Positions 28,089-36,254 of a stretch of 64,000 nucleotides of DNA are shown here, piece by piece. Origin of the DNA: a virus; IMG/VR virus record IMGVR_UViG_3300032294_001558; one strand, given 5' to 3'. Made by a program: the position numbers and the translations under genes. The number at the start of each line of letters is the position of its first letter. The stretch's first letter is position 1. The notes beneath the pieces are model-generated. The model saw only the letters and a list, made by a program, of their open reading frames with translations. It had not been told where the DNA came from and ran no database searches.

Positions 28089-30855
28089 CAGCCATTTCCC
28101 CGTAATTATAGCCCCATTTGGACTCGCAGTTGATCGGCAGCCCCGCTGCCCAGGGAGGCACCCAACGCATGCAGGACTCGATGTAAGCCCGCGCCTCGCC
28201 TAGCTCGGCCTCGCGCACTACGGCCAGAATACTATCATGGACGGTCAAGGCCACACGGTACTTCTTTGCAATGCGCAGCAACTGCGACATCACAATAATA
28301 CGGGCGAGTGCCTGAGTACAGTTCTCAACCAATTTCCCGCCGTATATATCTACTAGTCCTGTGTCGTCTTTATACTGCCACCGCATTACTTGTCGGTTCG
28401 GGTCCTGTGTCCGGTGCAGTTGCGGGTAGCTGACGTACAGCCCGCTGGGCAGGCGCACGCCTTTCTTTCCCTCGATGAGCAGCACACCCTCGCGCCCGAG
28501 CCACCGGGTCTTGTTGGCGTGCATGGACTCGATGCACTGCTCGGCCTCGTACCACAGATTTTTGATACGGTCATTAGTCATGCGATAAATGTCAATGATC
28601 CGCTGGCACTCTTGAATATCAAGATCCATTGGCGGGTTTGCGGTCTTTAGCGTAGCCTGTAGTTTGAAGGCCCCGGTTTGGTAACCGCAATTATGTACGA
28701 TCAGCGCCCCCGCTGCTGTCAACACAGTGAATCTGTTGTTCGGTCCTGCTAAGGCGATGTCGTAGGTCTGCATTTTCTGTTTTAAGACGCTCGATCTCCT
28801 GTTGTAGGACTGACACCCTGCGTCTATTGTTGGCGTTCTCGCCTCTAGTACACCACCGAAGATTCCCAGGTTCGTAGCCTTTATCGTTGTCGATCCGGTC
28901 AAGTTCAAGTAGAGGGTTGTCCCAGCCCGGCAGAGAAATGATGTATCGCAGAAACGCCCTGCGGTCTTTAGTCCACGCCGGATAAACTCGTATACCTCTC
29001 CCGCCGTAATTTTCGTACTGTCTACAAGTCGGTATTTCGCATCGGTTAATGCAGGAAGATATTCTATTAAGGAGGCGTTCTCTTGTTGCGTCATCTGGAA
29101 CGGTGTCGGCATACCCCCAATAGTGTTTGCGTGTTTTAGCAGACGCTTTCCTTGCGCAATCCCCGCATCTAGCAGTTTTTTTATTGATGAAGTTACTACG
29201 GTGAACAAGACCTTCCCATCCGCAAGTACACTTGACGCGCGGGTTCCAGCCTTCACTGTATCCGTTTTTCCGTAATTGTTGTTCCCAGCCAATGACGGTA
29301 AGGTCGCCCTGTTGAGTGCCGATTGGAGCAGGGAAGGGTTTGAATGGACCTCGGACCACGCCCGCCATCCATGTCCCGTCAGGATTTCGTGGTCCGCCGT
29401 GGCGTGCAACATCAAATCCGTTTGTGTTTCTGTTATTCGGTACCCCTGATTCAACAATCCGCTGTGGCTCACCCATGATTCCCCATCCCATAGTTTGTCA
29501 GATAGCTGGACCCGTACGATAGTCTTCCAGCCTGAGTCTGTCAAGACTTGGGTATCAGGTCCGAAGCACCCGAGGACCACTGTTTTTCCTAGGAACCTTT
29601 CGTTCTTGTTAGCCTTCGTAATTGGACGGCCGTAGATACGACTCGCCATTTTGCAATACACATCGACTCCGTTGGCGAAATCCTCAACAAGATCGTTCTG
29701 CCTCGCCAGCCACGCCAATACCCGAGCTTCGATGTTGGACGAATCAGAATCAATCAGAACGTGCCCAGGCGGGGCTTCAATACATGCTTTGAGTTCTGTA
29801 CCCCCTCGTGCAGGTAGGTTTTGAAGATTAATATTATCGCCGCCGCTCGTTCTTTTTGTTCTTGCGTAGCTATACTTGAGAGGGACTGGTAGTACTGGGT
29901 TACGCTTAGCGATGTCGATAAACGTACTTGTGCGGGTCTCCTCCAGCGTGCTTTTGGTCCCCAGGCGCGCAGCTACGGCGGTCTGCACTCGCTCATCAGG
30001 ATGGTCCAGCAGGGCTTTAAGTCCGGGGTCGGTCTTAGCGAATGCGAACGCCGGTTTCCCCGTCGTCTTGCTGATCTTCATGGGCGGCTCGACACCCAGT
30101 TCCTTCAGTACCTCGGCAAACTGCGGGTTCGACGATAGCCGCTCCTTACTGAACTCTGTCTTACTTAGAAGCTCTTCCTTGCGCTTGATCACCCCTGCGA
30201 GGTGCGCTTCCAGCTTCTCCTTGTTCAGCCGCAGCACAGGCTCCGAGAACATCCTGATATGCCGGTCGATGAGCCGCAACTCCTCCAGGGGGTAGTTGTC
30301 CCGCTTGTCGAACTCCTCGATGTTGTACCAGCCCTCGGACATCGTGTGCCACATGTCGTAGCAAAGCTTAACGTCATGCAGGCAGTAGGCTGCGTATCGG
30401 CTGAACCCCTCGGAGGTGAAGTCTTCTCTACGCTTGCCCATCGCGTTTTGCACCTCGGTGCCCTTATCCTCGAAGCCGTACCGCTTGGCAAGCATGGCGA
30501 GAGAGTTGTTCCGGGACCCAAACATGGCACGGGCCATAGACAGGGTGTCTAGCCACGCGCGGGGATTAACGTCAAAGAGCCACGAGAAGATGGCTGAGTC
30601 GAACATCGTGTTGTGGCACAGCACGGCGTACTTACCCCAGTCTACCGCGTCCAGTCTATATTTGATGTCCGCGTGGGTGCCAGTGACCACTTCTGTAGTG
30701 CCATCGGGCCACCGAAGCCCGAGCATTATAACTTCAAATCGTGGGTCACGTACATACGCCTCAGTAGTTAGTTTTGTGAGGCTGTATTCTTTGTCGTAGT
30801 ACGTTTCAAAGTCCGCGGTGATTATTTCCATATGTCTCTCTAAACCACTGCTCAA
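28078..30855 (-). CDS. family A DNA polymerase precursor containing an intein in motif B
   Basis: 3'-5' exonuclease motif ITADFETY. Motif A LIDSDSSNIEARVLAW. Motif B split as RFLGKTVVLG / CGYQTGAFKL. Motif C LTVHDS. Confidence 0.9.
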   Translation of the reverse strand: MSSGLERHMEIITADFETYYDKEYSLTKLTTEAYVRDPRFEVIMLGLRWPDGTTEVVTGTHADIKYRLDAVDWGKYAVLCHNTMFDSAIFSWLFDVNPRAWLDTLSMARAMFGSRNNSLAMLAKRYGFEDKGTEVQNAMGKRREDFTSEGFSRYAAYCLHDVKLCYDMWHTMSEGWYNIEEFDKRDNYPLEELRLIDRHIRMFSEPVLRLNKEKLEAHLAGVIKRKEELLSKTEFSKERLSSNPQFAEVLKELGVEPPMKISKTTGKPAFAFAKTDPGLKALLDHPDERVQTAVAARLGTKSTLEETRTSTFIDIAKRNPVLPVPLKYSYARTKRTSGGDNINLQNLPARGGTELKACIEAPPGHVLIDSDSSNIEARVLAWLARQNDLVEDFANGVDVYCKMASRIYGRPITKANKNERFLGKTVVLGCFGPDTQVLTDSGWKTIVRVQLSDKLWDGESWVSHSGLLNQGYRITETQTDLMLHATADHEILTGHGWRAWSEVHSNPSLLQSALNRATLPSLAGNNNYGKTDTVKAGTRASSVLADGKVLFTVVTSSIKKLLDAGIAQGKRLLKHANTIGGMPTPFQMTQQENASLIEYLPALTDAKYRLVDSTKITAGEVYEFIRRGLKTAGRFCDTSFLCRAGTTLYLNLTGSTTIKATNLGIFGGVLEARTPTIDAGCQSYNRRSSVLKQKMQTYDIALAGPNNRFTVLTAAGALIVHNCGYQTGAFKLQATLKTANPPMDLDIQECQRIIDIYRMTNDRIKNLWYEAEQCIESMHANKTRWLGREGVLLIEGKKGVRLPSGLYVSYPQLHRTQDPNRQVMRWQYKDDTGLVDIYGGKLVENCTQALARIIVMSQLLRIAKKYRVALTVHDSILAVVREAELGEARAYIESCMRWVPPWAAGLPINCESKWGYNYGEMADEE
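28690..29568 (-). mobile_element. intein (293 aa), paralog of the helicase intein
   Basis: Cys1 codon at 29566-29568 (CFGPDTQVLTDSGW). Block B ATADHEILT. C-terminus YDIALAGPNNRFTVL..ALIVHN, with the Asn codon at 28690-28692, then Cys+1. Confidence 0.85.
28691..29491 (-). CDS. HNH_3-like homing endonuclease encoded in the +2 frame inside the polymerase intein
   Basis: 266 codons. Motifs GDLTVIGWE, YENYGGRGIRVYPAW, LELDRIDNDKGYEPGNLRWCTRGENANN. Its TAA (28691-28693) overlaps the intein His-Asn codons. A shorter start at Met42 is possible. Confidence 0.65.
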   Translation of the reverse strand: MGWGIMGEPQRIVESGVPNNRNTNGFDVARHGGPRNPDGTWMAGVVRGPFKPFPAPIGTQQGDLTVIGWEQQLRKNGYSEGWNPRVKCTCGWEGLVHRSNFINKKTARCGDCARKASAKTRKHYWGYADTVPDDATRERLLNRISSCINRCEIPTCRQYENYGGRGIRVYPAWTKDRRAFLRYIISLPGWDNPLLELDRIDNDKGYEPGNLRWCTRGENANNRRRVSVLQQEIERLKTENADLRHRLSRTEQQIHCVDSSGGADRT

Positions 30856-31117
30856 GTAGATCGAGCGTATCTTCGCGGACCACCATTGCAGCGCCGCCCG
30901 CTTTATGGATAGCGGTGATCTCTCGCTCTTGCAGAGCGGTGGGTTTGTTATATCCGGCCTTGCATTCTACTGCAAGAAACCTGCCTCGGTAGCAGATGAT
31001 GATGTCGGGTATACCCGCACGACCGTAACCGTTCTGCGCGGGGAAAAAATGCCACGCACCATAGCGCGTGATAAGCTCTACGCACTTACGTTTGACTTTG
31101 CTTTCAGGTGTGGTCAT
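30806..31117 (-). CDS. VRR-NUC domain nuclease
   Basis: GIPDIIICYRGRFLAVECKAG (D..ExK). 103 aa. Confidence 0.7.
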   Translation of the reverse strand: MTTPESKVKRKCVELITRYGAWHFFPAQNGYGRAGIPDIIICYRGRFLAVECKAGYNKPTALQEREITAIHKAGGAAMVVREDTLDLLEQWFRETYGNNHRGL

Positions 31118-31118
31118 T

Positions 31119-31373
31119 TTATTCTGCTTGTTTCAAAGCAAGCGTATAACTCAACCAAAACGGCCAAGCAAGCGCTTTGATTCCTCCGGCTAGAGCCGGC
31201 GGGGATGGAGTTTGGCAGATACGTCTCGTGCTGATGTCATTGGGGAAATCGACCGCACACTTTGCACTGACCAAAGCATGCGCGCGTTCCGATTCTACGG
31301 TGGCGGGGCCAAAACAAATGACCACCCCTGCTAAATACGCCGCCCCAAAACAAAGTGGAATAGATATCTTCAT
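31119..31373 (-). CDS. small membrane/secreted protein (84 aa)
   Basis: ATG at 31373 preceded by GAGGGAG. N-terminal hydrophobic MKISIPLCFGAAYLAGVVICFG. The ORF track's longer form starts at 31517. Confidence 0.45.
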   Translation of the reverse strand: MKISIPLCFGAAYLAGVVICFGPATVESERAHALVSAKCAVDFPNDISTRRICQTPSPPALAGGIKALAWPFWLSYTLALKQAE

Positions 31374-31458
31374 TTTTTCGCTCCCTCTATGAGAAAAATG
31401 GCTACAAGCAGCCCCCGTATCAACAGTGCGTCGTGCATACAAAACCTCTAGATTTTGT

Positions 31459-31767
31459 CTAAAACACGTTAGGCCCCAAGTCCAGCACCACCGTGCGCGG
31501 CTGCATCGCCACGCCATCGGCCACTGCCTTCAGCAGCGCCATGTAGCGCGCGTCCACCTCGCGCAGTTGAGCCGTCAAGCCGTCCACGCGACTCGCCCAG
31601 CAGTGCGCCTCGTCGGCGCGGGCCGAGCGCACCGCATCGCGCAGTTCTTCAATCCGCGCCTCCACCGCCAGCAGCGTGCTGCTCTTGAGCGGCACCATGC
31701 CCGTGTTGGGCGCCAGTCGCGCCGTTGCTAGCGCGCTGCGCCAGTCGCTCAGTTCATGTTCTCGCAT
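31459..31767 (-). CDS. hypothetical protein (102 aa)
   Basis: Co-oriented ORF in a GC-rich block. Confidence 0.45.
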   Translation of the reverse strand: MREHELSDWRSALATARLAPNTGMVPLKSSTLLAVEARIEELRDAVRSARADEAHCWASRVDGLTAQLREVDARYMALLKAVADGVAMQPRTVVLDLGPNVF

Positions 31768-31803
31768 CTTCTCGCTCCGGTTGGTTGGGGCCTAACACTT
31801 CGC

Positions 31804-32280
31804 TCAAGCCGACGCCTGACGGCGCGGCTTACCTCGGGCGTTGGGCGGCTCGCTGTCGTCGTAGCGCCCTAATGCTTCGGCGGCCAGTTCTCGGCACGCT
31901 TCGCGGTCGCGGTTCCAAGTACCGTCCGGCCGCATCGGGGCCGCAATCAACTCCAGCGCCTCGCGCATTTCCATCGCGCGCAGGCTCGGCCGTCGCGCGA
32001 AGCCGGCATCGGCCAGTTTTTGGCTTCGCGTGCGCGCGTCCAGCGTGTACTCGCGCACCACCCATAGGCCCGCCGAGTGAATCTCATGCTCCACTATGGC
32101 GTCGCTGATATGGTCGTTGCACGCTTGCGGGTACGCTGCGCAGAACACCGGAAGGCCCATCTCGTCCAACACAACAAACACGGTGCTCGGTAGGTCATCG
32201 CGCTTCGGCACCAGCCGCCCAACCCCTCGCTCAACCGGAGAGCCGCCGGCTACGGTGTTTGCATCTTCAGGCGTCGTCAT
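31804..32280 (-). CDS. hypothetical protein (158 aa)
   Basis: Co-oriented ORF. Confidence 0.5.
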   Translation of the reverse strand: MTTPEDANTVAGGSPVERGVGRLVPKRDDLPSTVFVVLDEMGLPVFCAAYPQACNDHISDAIVEHEIHSAGLWVVREYTLDARTRSQKLADAGFARRPSLRAMEMREALELIAAPMRPDGTWNRDREACRELAAEALGRYDDSEPPNARGKPRRQASA

Positions 32281-32306
32281 GCGGCGTCTCCCGGTTAGCT
32301 CGAACG

Positions 32307-32552
32307 TTAGGCATCAAGCCCGCTGCGCTTCAGCAGGTCGAGGTATTCGTCTGCAAGTTGCTCGTAGTCGTGCCGCGCGTCTCCCAAGCGGTCCCAGGTG
32401 TTCGCGTACTTGTAGCCGCCCGCATAGGTGTCGCGCACCCATTCGTCGCTCATGCCCTCGGTGTCCTGCGGGTAGTCCGCACGCGCGCGCGCTATCCAGG
32501 CCGCGTCCGTCAGCTTCGGAAACCAGTAGGGTCGGTCGTTGCTTGTTGCCAT
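32307..32552 (-). CDS. hypothetical protein (81 aa)
   Basis: ATG at 32552 preceded by AGGAGAACTGATT. The ORF track's longer form starts at 32672. Confidence 0.5.
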   Translation of the reverse strand: MATSNDRPYWFPKLTDAAWIARARADYPQDTEGMSDEWVRDTYAGGYKYANTWDRLGDARHDYEQLADEYLDLLKRSGLDA

Positions 32553-32622
32553 AATCAGTTCTCCTAGTTGATGCCTAACTAACGGTTCAACCCGGACCGG
32601 CCTCCGGCCGGTTAACCTAGCG

Positions 32623-32865
32623 TTAGAACTCTTGCAAAATTTCGTTGGCGTTCCAAGCAATAGCAGCGGCAACCATCACGGCTGTCTCAAACCGCCGCAC
32701 CTGTTCCCGCACCCGGGTTGCGTGTTTCCCGCGCCTGCGATTGCTGGTTGAAATCACGCGCCAATCTTTGTCAAGCGAGCCTAGCCACGCAAGCGACCTA
32801 TTGCTGATTTTTACAACGCCAAAGTCCGTCACTATTACGTCCATGAGTTTTAACCCTTCACTCAA
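32623..32865 (-). CDS. hypothetical protein (80 aa)
   Basis: Co-oriented ORF. Confidence 0.4.
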   Translation of the reverse strand: MSEGLKLMDVIVTDFGVVKISNRSLAWLGSLDKDWRVISTSNRRRGKHATRVREQVRRFETAVMVAAAIAWNANEILQEF

Positions 32866-32944
32866 CCGGACAAGCCCAGGCAGGCTATCTCGCTCCGGTC
32901 AAGCCAAGTCGTGGGGCTTTCCGGTTACTTCTACGTTCGGCCTC

Positions 32945-33241
32945 TTACTGCGCGCCACCGCAGGTCACGATGTACGGCGGCTCCCACGGCGGGCGCGGCA
33001 CCCATGTCGGTGCCGGCAGCGTCACGGGCACAAACACCGGCTGCACAGTCGGCATCGGCCCAATCCACTCCGGCCGCTGTTCGGCGCGGCGGCGTTGCTC
33101 TGCCAGCAGCGCCTTCAGGTGCGCCAGCAGCGGCTCGTAGCGCGGCTGCCCGGTGCCGCACTCGCGCACCTTTTTGTCCGCCACCTCTATCGCTTGCGCC
33201 AGTTCTTCGTTGGTCATCGTTCCCCCCACGTTAAGCATCAT
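32945..33241 (-). CDS. hypothetical protein (98 aa)
   Basis: ATGA overlap with the upstream gene. Confidence 0.45.
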   Translation of the reverse strand: MMLNVGGTMTNEELAQAIEVADKKVRECGTGQPRYEPLLAHLKALLAEQRRRAEQRPEWIGPMPTVQPVFVPVTLPAPTWVPRPPWEPPYIVTCGGAQ

Positions 33242-33531
33242 ACAAGCCCCGCCGCTTTAAGTTCTGCGCTTGACAGCAGTTTGTTCATGTACTCGCCGGG
33301 GATGCCTTCGACTTGCGCCGCCTGAATCTCGCCGCCCGGGTTGATGCCCAGCGCCCACGCCTTTTGGTACGCGTGTATGAAGCCCGGCGCTTCCACGATG
33401 CACACGCCCAGAAACTGCTGGCCCTTCGGCTTTTCAGGGTCGCAGAACGACATCCACCACAGCACGGGGGGGTTGTCCTGCTCTTCGGCCAGCAGAAGCT
33501 CCTTGAGTTCCTGCACTTGCGGTTCGTTCAT
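33238..33531 (-). CDS. hypothetical protein (97 aa)
   Basis: ATG at 33531 preceded by GAGGTGG. The 193-aa ORF-track entry probably fuses two genes. Confidence 0.45.
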   Translation of the reverse strand: MNEPQVQELKELLLAEEQDNPPVLWWMSFCDPEKPKGQQFLGVCIVEAPGFIHAYQKAWALGINPGGEIQAAQVEGIPGEYMNKLLSSAELKAAGLV

Positions 33532-33920
33532 CGTGCCACCTCTGCATGTTAGGCCGCCCAGGCTCTTACGTGTCACTTCGTACACCTCGTACCGCATCCC
33601 CGTGTCGTCGTTCGCGTACTGACCCAGGTAGTGGGCCGCTTCGCGCTCGGCCTCTTCGCGCGTTGAGGCGGTGCCGCCCGCGTGCCAATCGTCGTCTTTG
33701 CTGGGCTCGCGCCCAGCGCAATTGGGAAGACCCCCCAGAAGTCCGCGGACGGCCAGATGCTGAGAGCCAAGTATGCGGACGCTCCCACCCAGCCACCGTA
33801 GCACAGTCGTGCGAGACACGTTGATCTCGCACTCGACGCGGCGTCTGCACTCGTGGATTCAGTAGTCATCGGTTTTCCTCTTTAGGCCGCAAAAAATCCC
33901 GCCGCGCCTCCGCGTGCGGC

Positions 33921-34271
33921 TCAACTTCTACGTTGGGCATCACCAACAACCCAGTATTGGCGCGGCGCCGTCGCCTTGAATTGCATGCTGTCCACGCATT
34001 GCACCACGGAAGTACAGCCACCAGACTTTATGGTGAAGTGGGCGCAAAGGCGGCAGTCACGCGGCCACAAGTTCAGGGCTGCATTACGCGCCGCTTCAGC
34101 CTCGCGCATAGCGTAGGCAATCCACTCCGCCACGTCCGCGCTGTCTCCCAGCGTGGTCTCCCCAACCGCGCCCGCCTCATAGGCGGCAAAGGCCAAGCCA
34201 TCCAGCGCTTTGCGCACGGGGGATAACCCCTCGGTCAACCGGACCTTGGCCGGCGTTGCGTCGTCATTCAT
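33921..34271 (-). CDS. hypothetical protein (116 aa)
   Basis: Co-oriented ORF. Confidence 0.45.
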   Translation of the reverse strand: MNDDATPAKVRLTEGLSPVRKALDGLAFAAYEAGAVGETTLGDSADVAEWIAYAMREAEAARNAALNLWPRDCRLCAHFTIKSGGCTSVVQCVDSMQFKATAPRQYWVVGDAQRRS

Positions 34272-34299
34272 CGTTACTCCTTCCGGCCAAGGCCGGTTT

Positions 34300-34605
34300 T
34301 CACTGCGGCAGGGCAGCGTGAACGACCTCGTACCCGGCGCCGCGCAGCGCTTCGGCGTGGTCTAGACCGCCGCTGTAGCTGCCTTCCAACTCGCCAAAGC
34401 TCTTGCACCGGCCATCTTCCGTCGCCGGAAAGATGTAGGTTTCCGGGCCGCCGAACATCGCCACCGTCGCAGACACGATCACGAATCCGTGTGTCTCCAC
34501 AGTCTTGCCGTCGTAGTCGATAGCCACCAGCGGCGGCAGCAGCGTGTAGAGCCGGGCGTCGCCGGTCCAGCCTTCGAGGTTCTTCACAAACACTGCTTGG
34601 TTCAT
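34300..34605 (-). CDS. hypothetical protein (101 aa)
   Basis: Co-oriented ORF. Confidence 0.5.
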   Translation of the reverse strand: MNQAVFVKNLEGWTGDARLYTLLPPLVAIDYDGKTVETHGFVIVSATVAMFGGPETYIFPATEDGRCKSFGELEGSYSGGLDHAEALRGAGYEVVHAALPQ

Positions 34606-34644
34606 CTCTGCTCTCCTGCCGCGCGTGGCGGCTTGTCTCGAACG

Positions 34645-35034
34645 TTAGGCGCCGGGCAGCGGCTGTCGGCCGCTAGCTATTTCTTCTGCGCACCAGTCGG
34701 CCACCTGTCGCATAGTGGCGCTTCCAACGCGGCCATACACAGCAGACCGGCAGACCTTCGCACACCGCTCGCGCTCTGCGGCCACGGCGGCAGCAATCCG
34801 ACGCTCTTGTTCCTGCCAAGCCCACAGCCCATGCAGCGACATCATCGGTCCGTGCAGCGTCATAGTGCCTCTTTGATCCAGCGCGTCGGGCAGGTAGTAG
34901 GTCTTGCACCACGCGGCATAGTCTGCGGTTGTGCGCTCAAAAAATCCGCGTTCCGGCACCTGTGCGTCTGGTTCAACCGGACCCGCCACGGTGGGCTGCG
35001 TCGTCTCGTTCATCGTCGCCCACTTCTTCGCCAT
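34645..35034 (-). CDS. hypothetical protein (129 aa)
   Basis: Co-oriented ORF. Confidence 0.5.
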   Translation of the reverse strand: MAKKWATMNETTQPTVAGPVEPDAQVPERGFFERTTADYAAWCKTYYLPDALDQRGTMTLHGPMMSLHGLWAWQEQERRIAAAVAAERERCAKVCRSAVYGRVGSATMRQVADWCAEEIASGRQPLPGA

Positions 35035-35268
35035 CCTGCTCGATCAAGCCTTCGGTCAGGGCGTACTTGCTATTCCAAATCTTCATTCGTTTCTCCGGTT
35101 GTATAGTCAAATTAAAGTGAGGGGGGAACGTAGATTCCTAGCCCCCTCGTTCTAGGTATTGGAGTGCCGTGCCCTGAACACACTTCGTGGGCGGGAGAGC
35201 ACGGCTCTGTTTATGCTTTTCATCTACGAGGTACTTACATAAACAGGTATGAAAGCCCCGCCACGTTG

Positions 35269-35481
35269 CTATATCAATCCACGTCGAATGACTAGCGCTA
35301 CTGCATGCGTAATCGTTTTCGCCTGAAGCTTTCTACGAATTTCGGATGAGTAGTACTCTGTAGTCTTTACAACTACATTGAGTTCACTTGCCGCCTGTTT
35401 ACGTGACATCCCCTGCGCGAGCAGGGTGAGATACAGAATCTCGACCTCGGACAGCTTGTCGCTTTTCCCGGGCAGGGCCAT
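35269..35481 (-). CDS. LuxR/GerE-type HTH transcriptional regulator (70 aa)
   Basis: LSEVEILYLTLLAQGMSRKQAASELNVVVKTTEYYSSEIRRKLQAKT matches the LuxR_C pattern. ATG at 35481. Confidence 0.6.
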   Translation of the reverse strand: MALPGKSDKLSEVEILYLTLLAQGMSRKQAASELNVVVKTTEYYSSEIRRKLQAKTITHAVALVIRRGLI

Positions 35482-35605
35482 CACCACCTCGCATCTTCCT
35501 CCTGGCGAGTGGCCGGCTCTGGGCGTGCGCGAGGGGGCTTGTTGGTATACCACTGCCCGCCCTCGCTGTAAATGAGGAACGGCCACCCGGCCCGGGGGCG
35601 ATTCT

Positions 35606-35815
35606 TCAGTCCGTGGACCCAGCCGTGTGGGTCGCCCGCAGTGCCTCCTTGAGGCGCGCGATCCGGGCTGTGTACTTCTGCACCAGGGACTCGGCCTCTT
35701 CGCGATGCGCGTGCGCCAGCAGAAGCATTCGCTTCGCATCTTCCAGATGCCGCACCATCATCACCTCCGCAGTCGGGGGCTGGAACAGTGCTTGGATTTG
35801 GCGTAGCCATTTCAT
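35606..35815 (-). CDS. hypothetical protein (69 aa)
   Basis: TAGGAGCGATAG precedes the ATG. Lies just downstream of a terminator. Confidence 0.45.
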   Translation of the reverse strand: MKWLRQIQALFQPPTAEVMMVRHLEDAKRMLLLAHAHREEAESLVQKYTARIARLKEALRATHTAGSTD

Positions 35816-35827
35816 CTATCGCTCCTA

Positions 35828-35859
35828 GAAATAAAAACACTCTGCCGAAGCAGAGTGTT
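35828..35859 (-). terminator. intrinsic terminator inside the early (-) gene string
   Basis: On the - strand: AAACACTCTGC-TTCG-GCAGAGTGTTT (11-bp stem, TTCG loop) followed by TTATTT. Confidence 0.65.
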
Positions 35860-35924
35860 TAGTGGTGCAGCGCTGGGGTGGGGCAGCGCTGCGGGTTCAA
35901 ACACATCCCACCATTTGTCTTTTG

Positions 35925-36173
35925 TCAGGCAGTGCGCCAGACGCGGATGCCGTCCGAAACCTTCGCGGTAGTCCACTCACCGCCCTCGATGCGCTTTTTG
36001 GCAACGAGGAGCTTACGGCGCCACGAATCGACCACCTTCTTGTCGTTGGGGTCACACTGGATGAGGAAGCTGTCGCCAATGTCCATGTCAGCCAGAGGGA
36101 AAGCGGTCGGCTTGCGGCCACGCCCACCACGGTTAGTGACTTGAGGGATACCAGCTTCGACTTGGAAGTTCAT
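35925..36173 (-). CDS. small conserved phage protein (..GDSFL..GIRVWR family), paralog of 19137..19361
   Basis: FPLADMDIGDSFLIQ and a C-terminal GIRVWRTA. Confidence 0.55.
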   Translation of the reverse strand: MNFQVEAGIPQVTNRGGRGRKPTAFPLADMDIGDSFLIQCDPNDKKVVDSWRRKLLVAKKRIEGGEWTTAKVSDGIRVWRTA

Positions 36174-36254
36174 CTATTTTCCTTGCGGCCTCCCGGGCAG
36201 CGGGAAGCGAAAAGTTGTTTGTGGCTGCCCCACGAAAAGCACATTCTACTACGA

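Noticed and set aside
24340-29568. The out-of-frame HNH ORFs as simple sequencing frameshifts of ordinary in-frame HNH inteins.
   Set aside because: I cannot exclude this without reads, but each case would need two compensating indels. The intein frame stays open throughout in both genes, and the polymerase HNH ORF terminates precisely in the His-Asn codons. I kept it as a finding with this stated as the main refutation route.
33532-33869. A separate gene upstream of 33531: either the upstream part of the 193-aa frame, or the 98-aa ORF 33573..33869, which has a good GAGGAAAACCG-ATG start.
   Set aside because: The two candidate frames overlap and I cannot decide between them from sequence alone, so I left the region unannotated. 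The same applies to 35482..35605.
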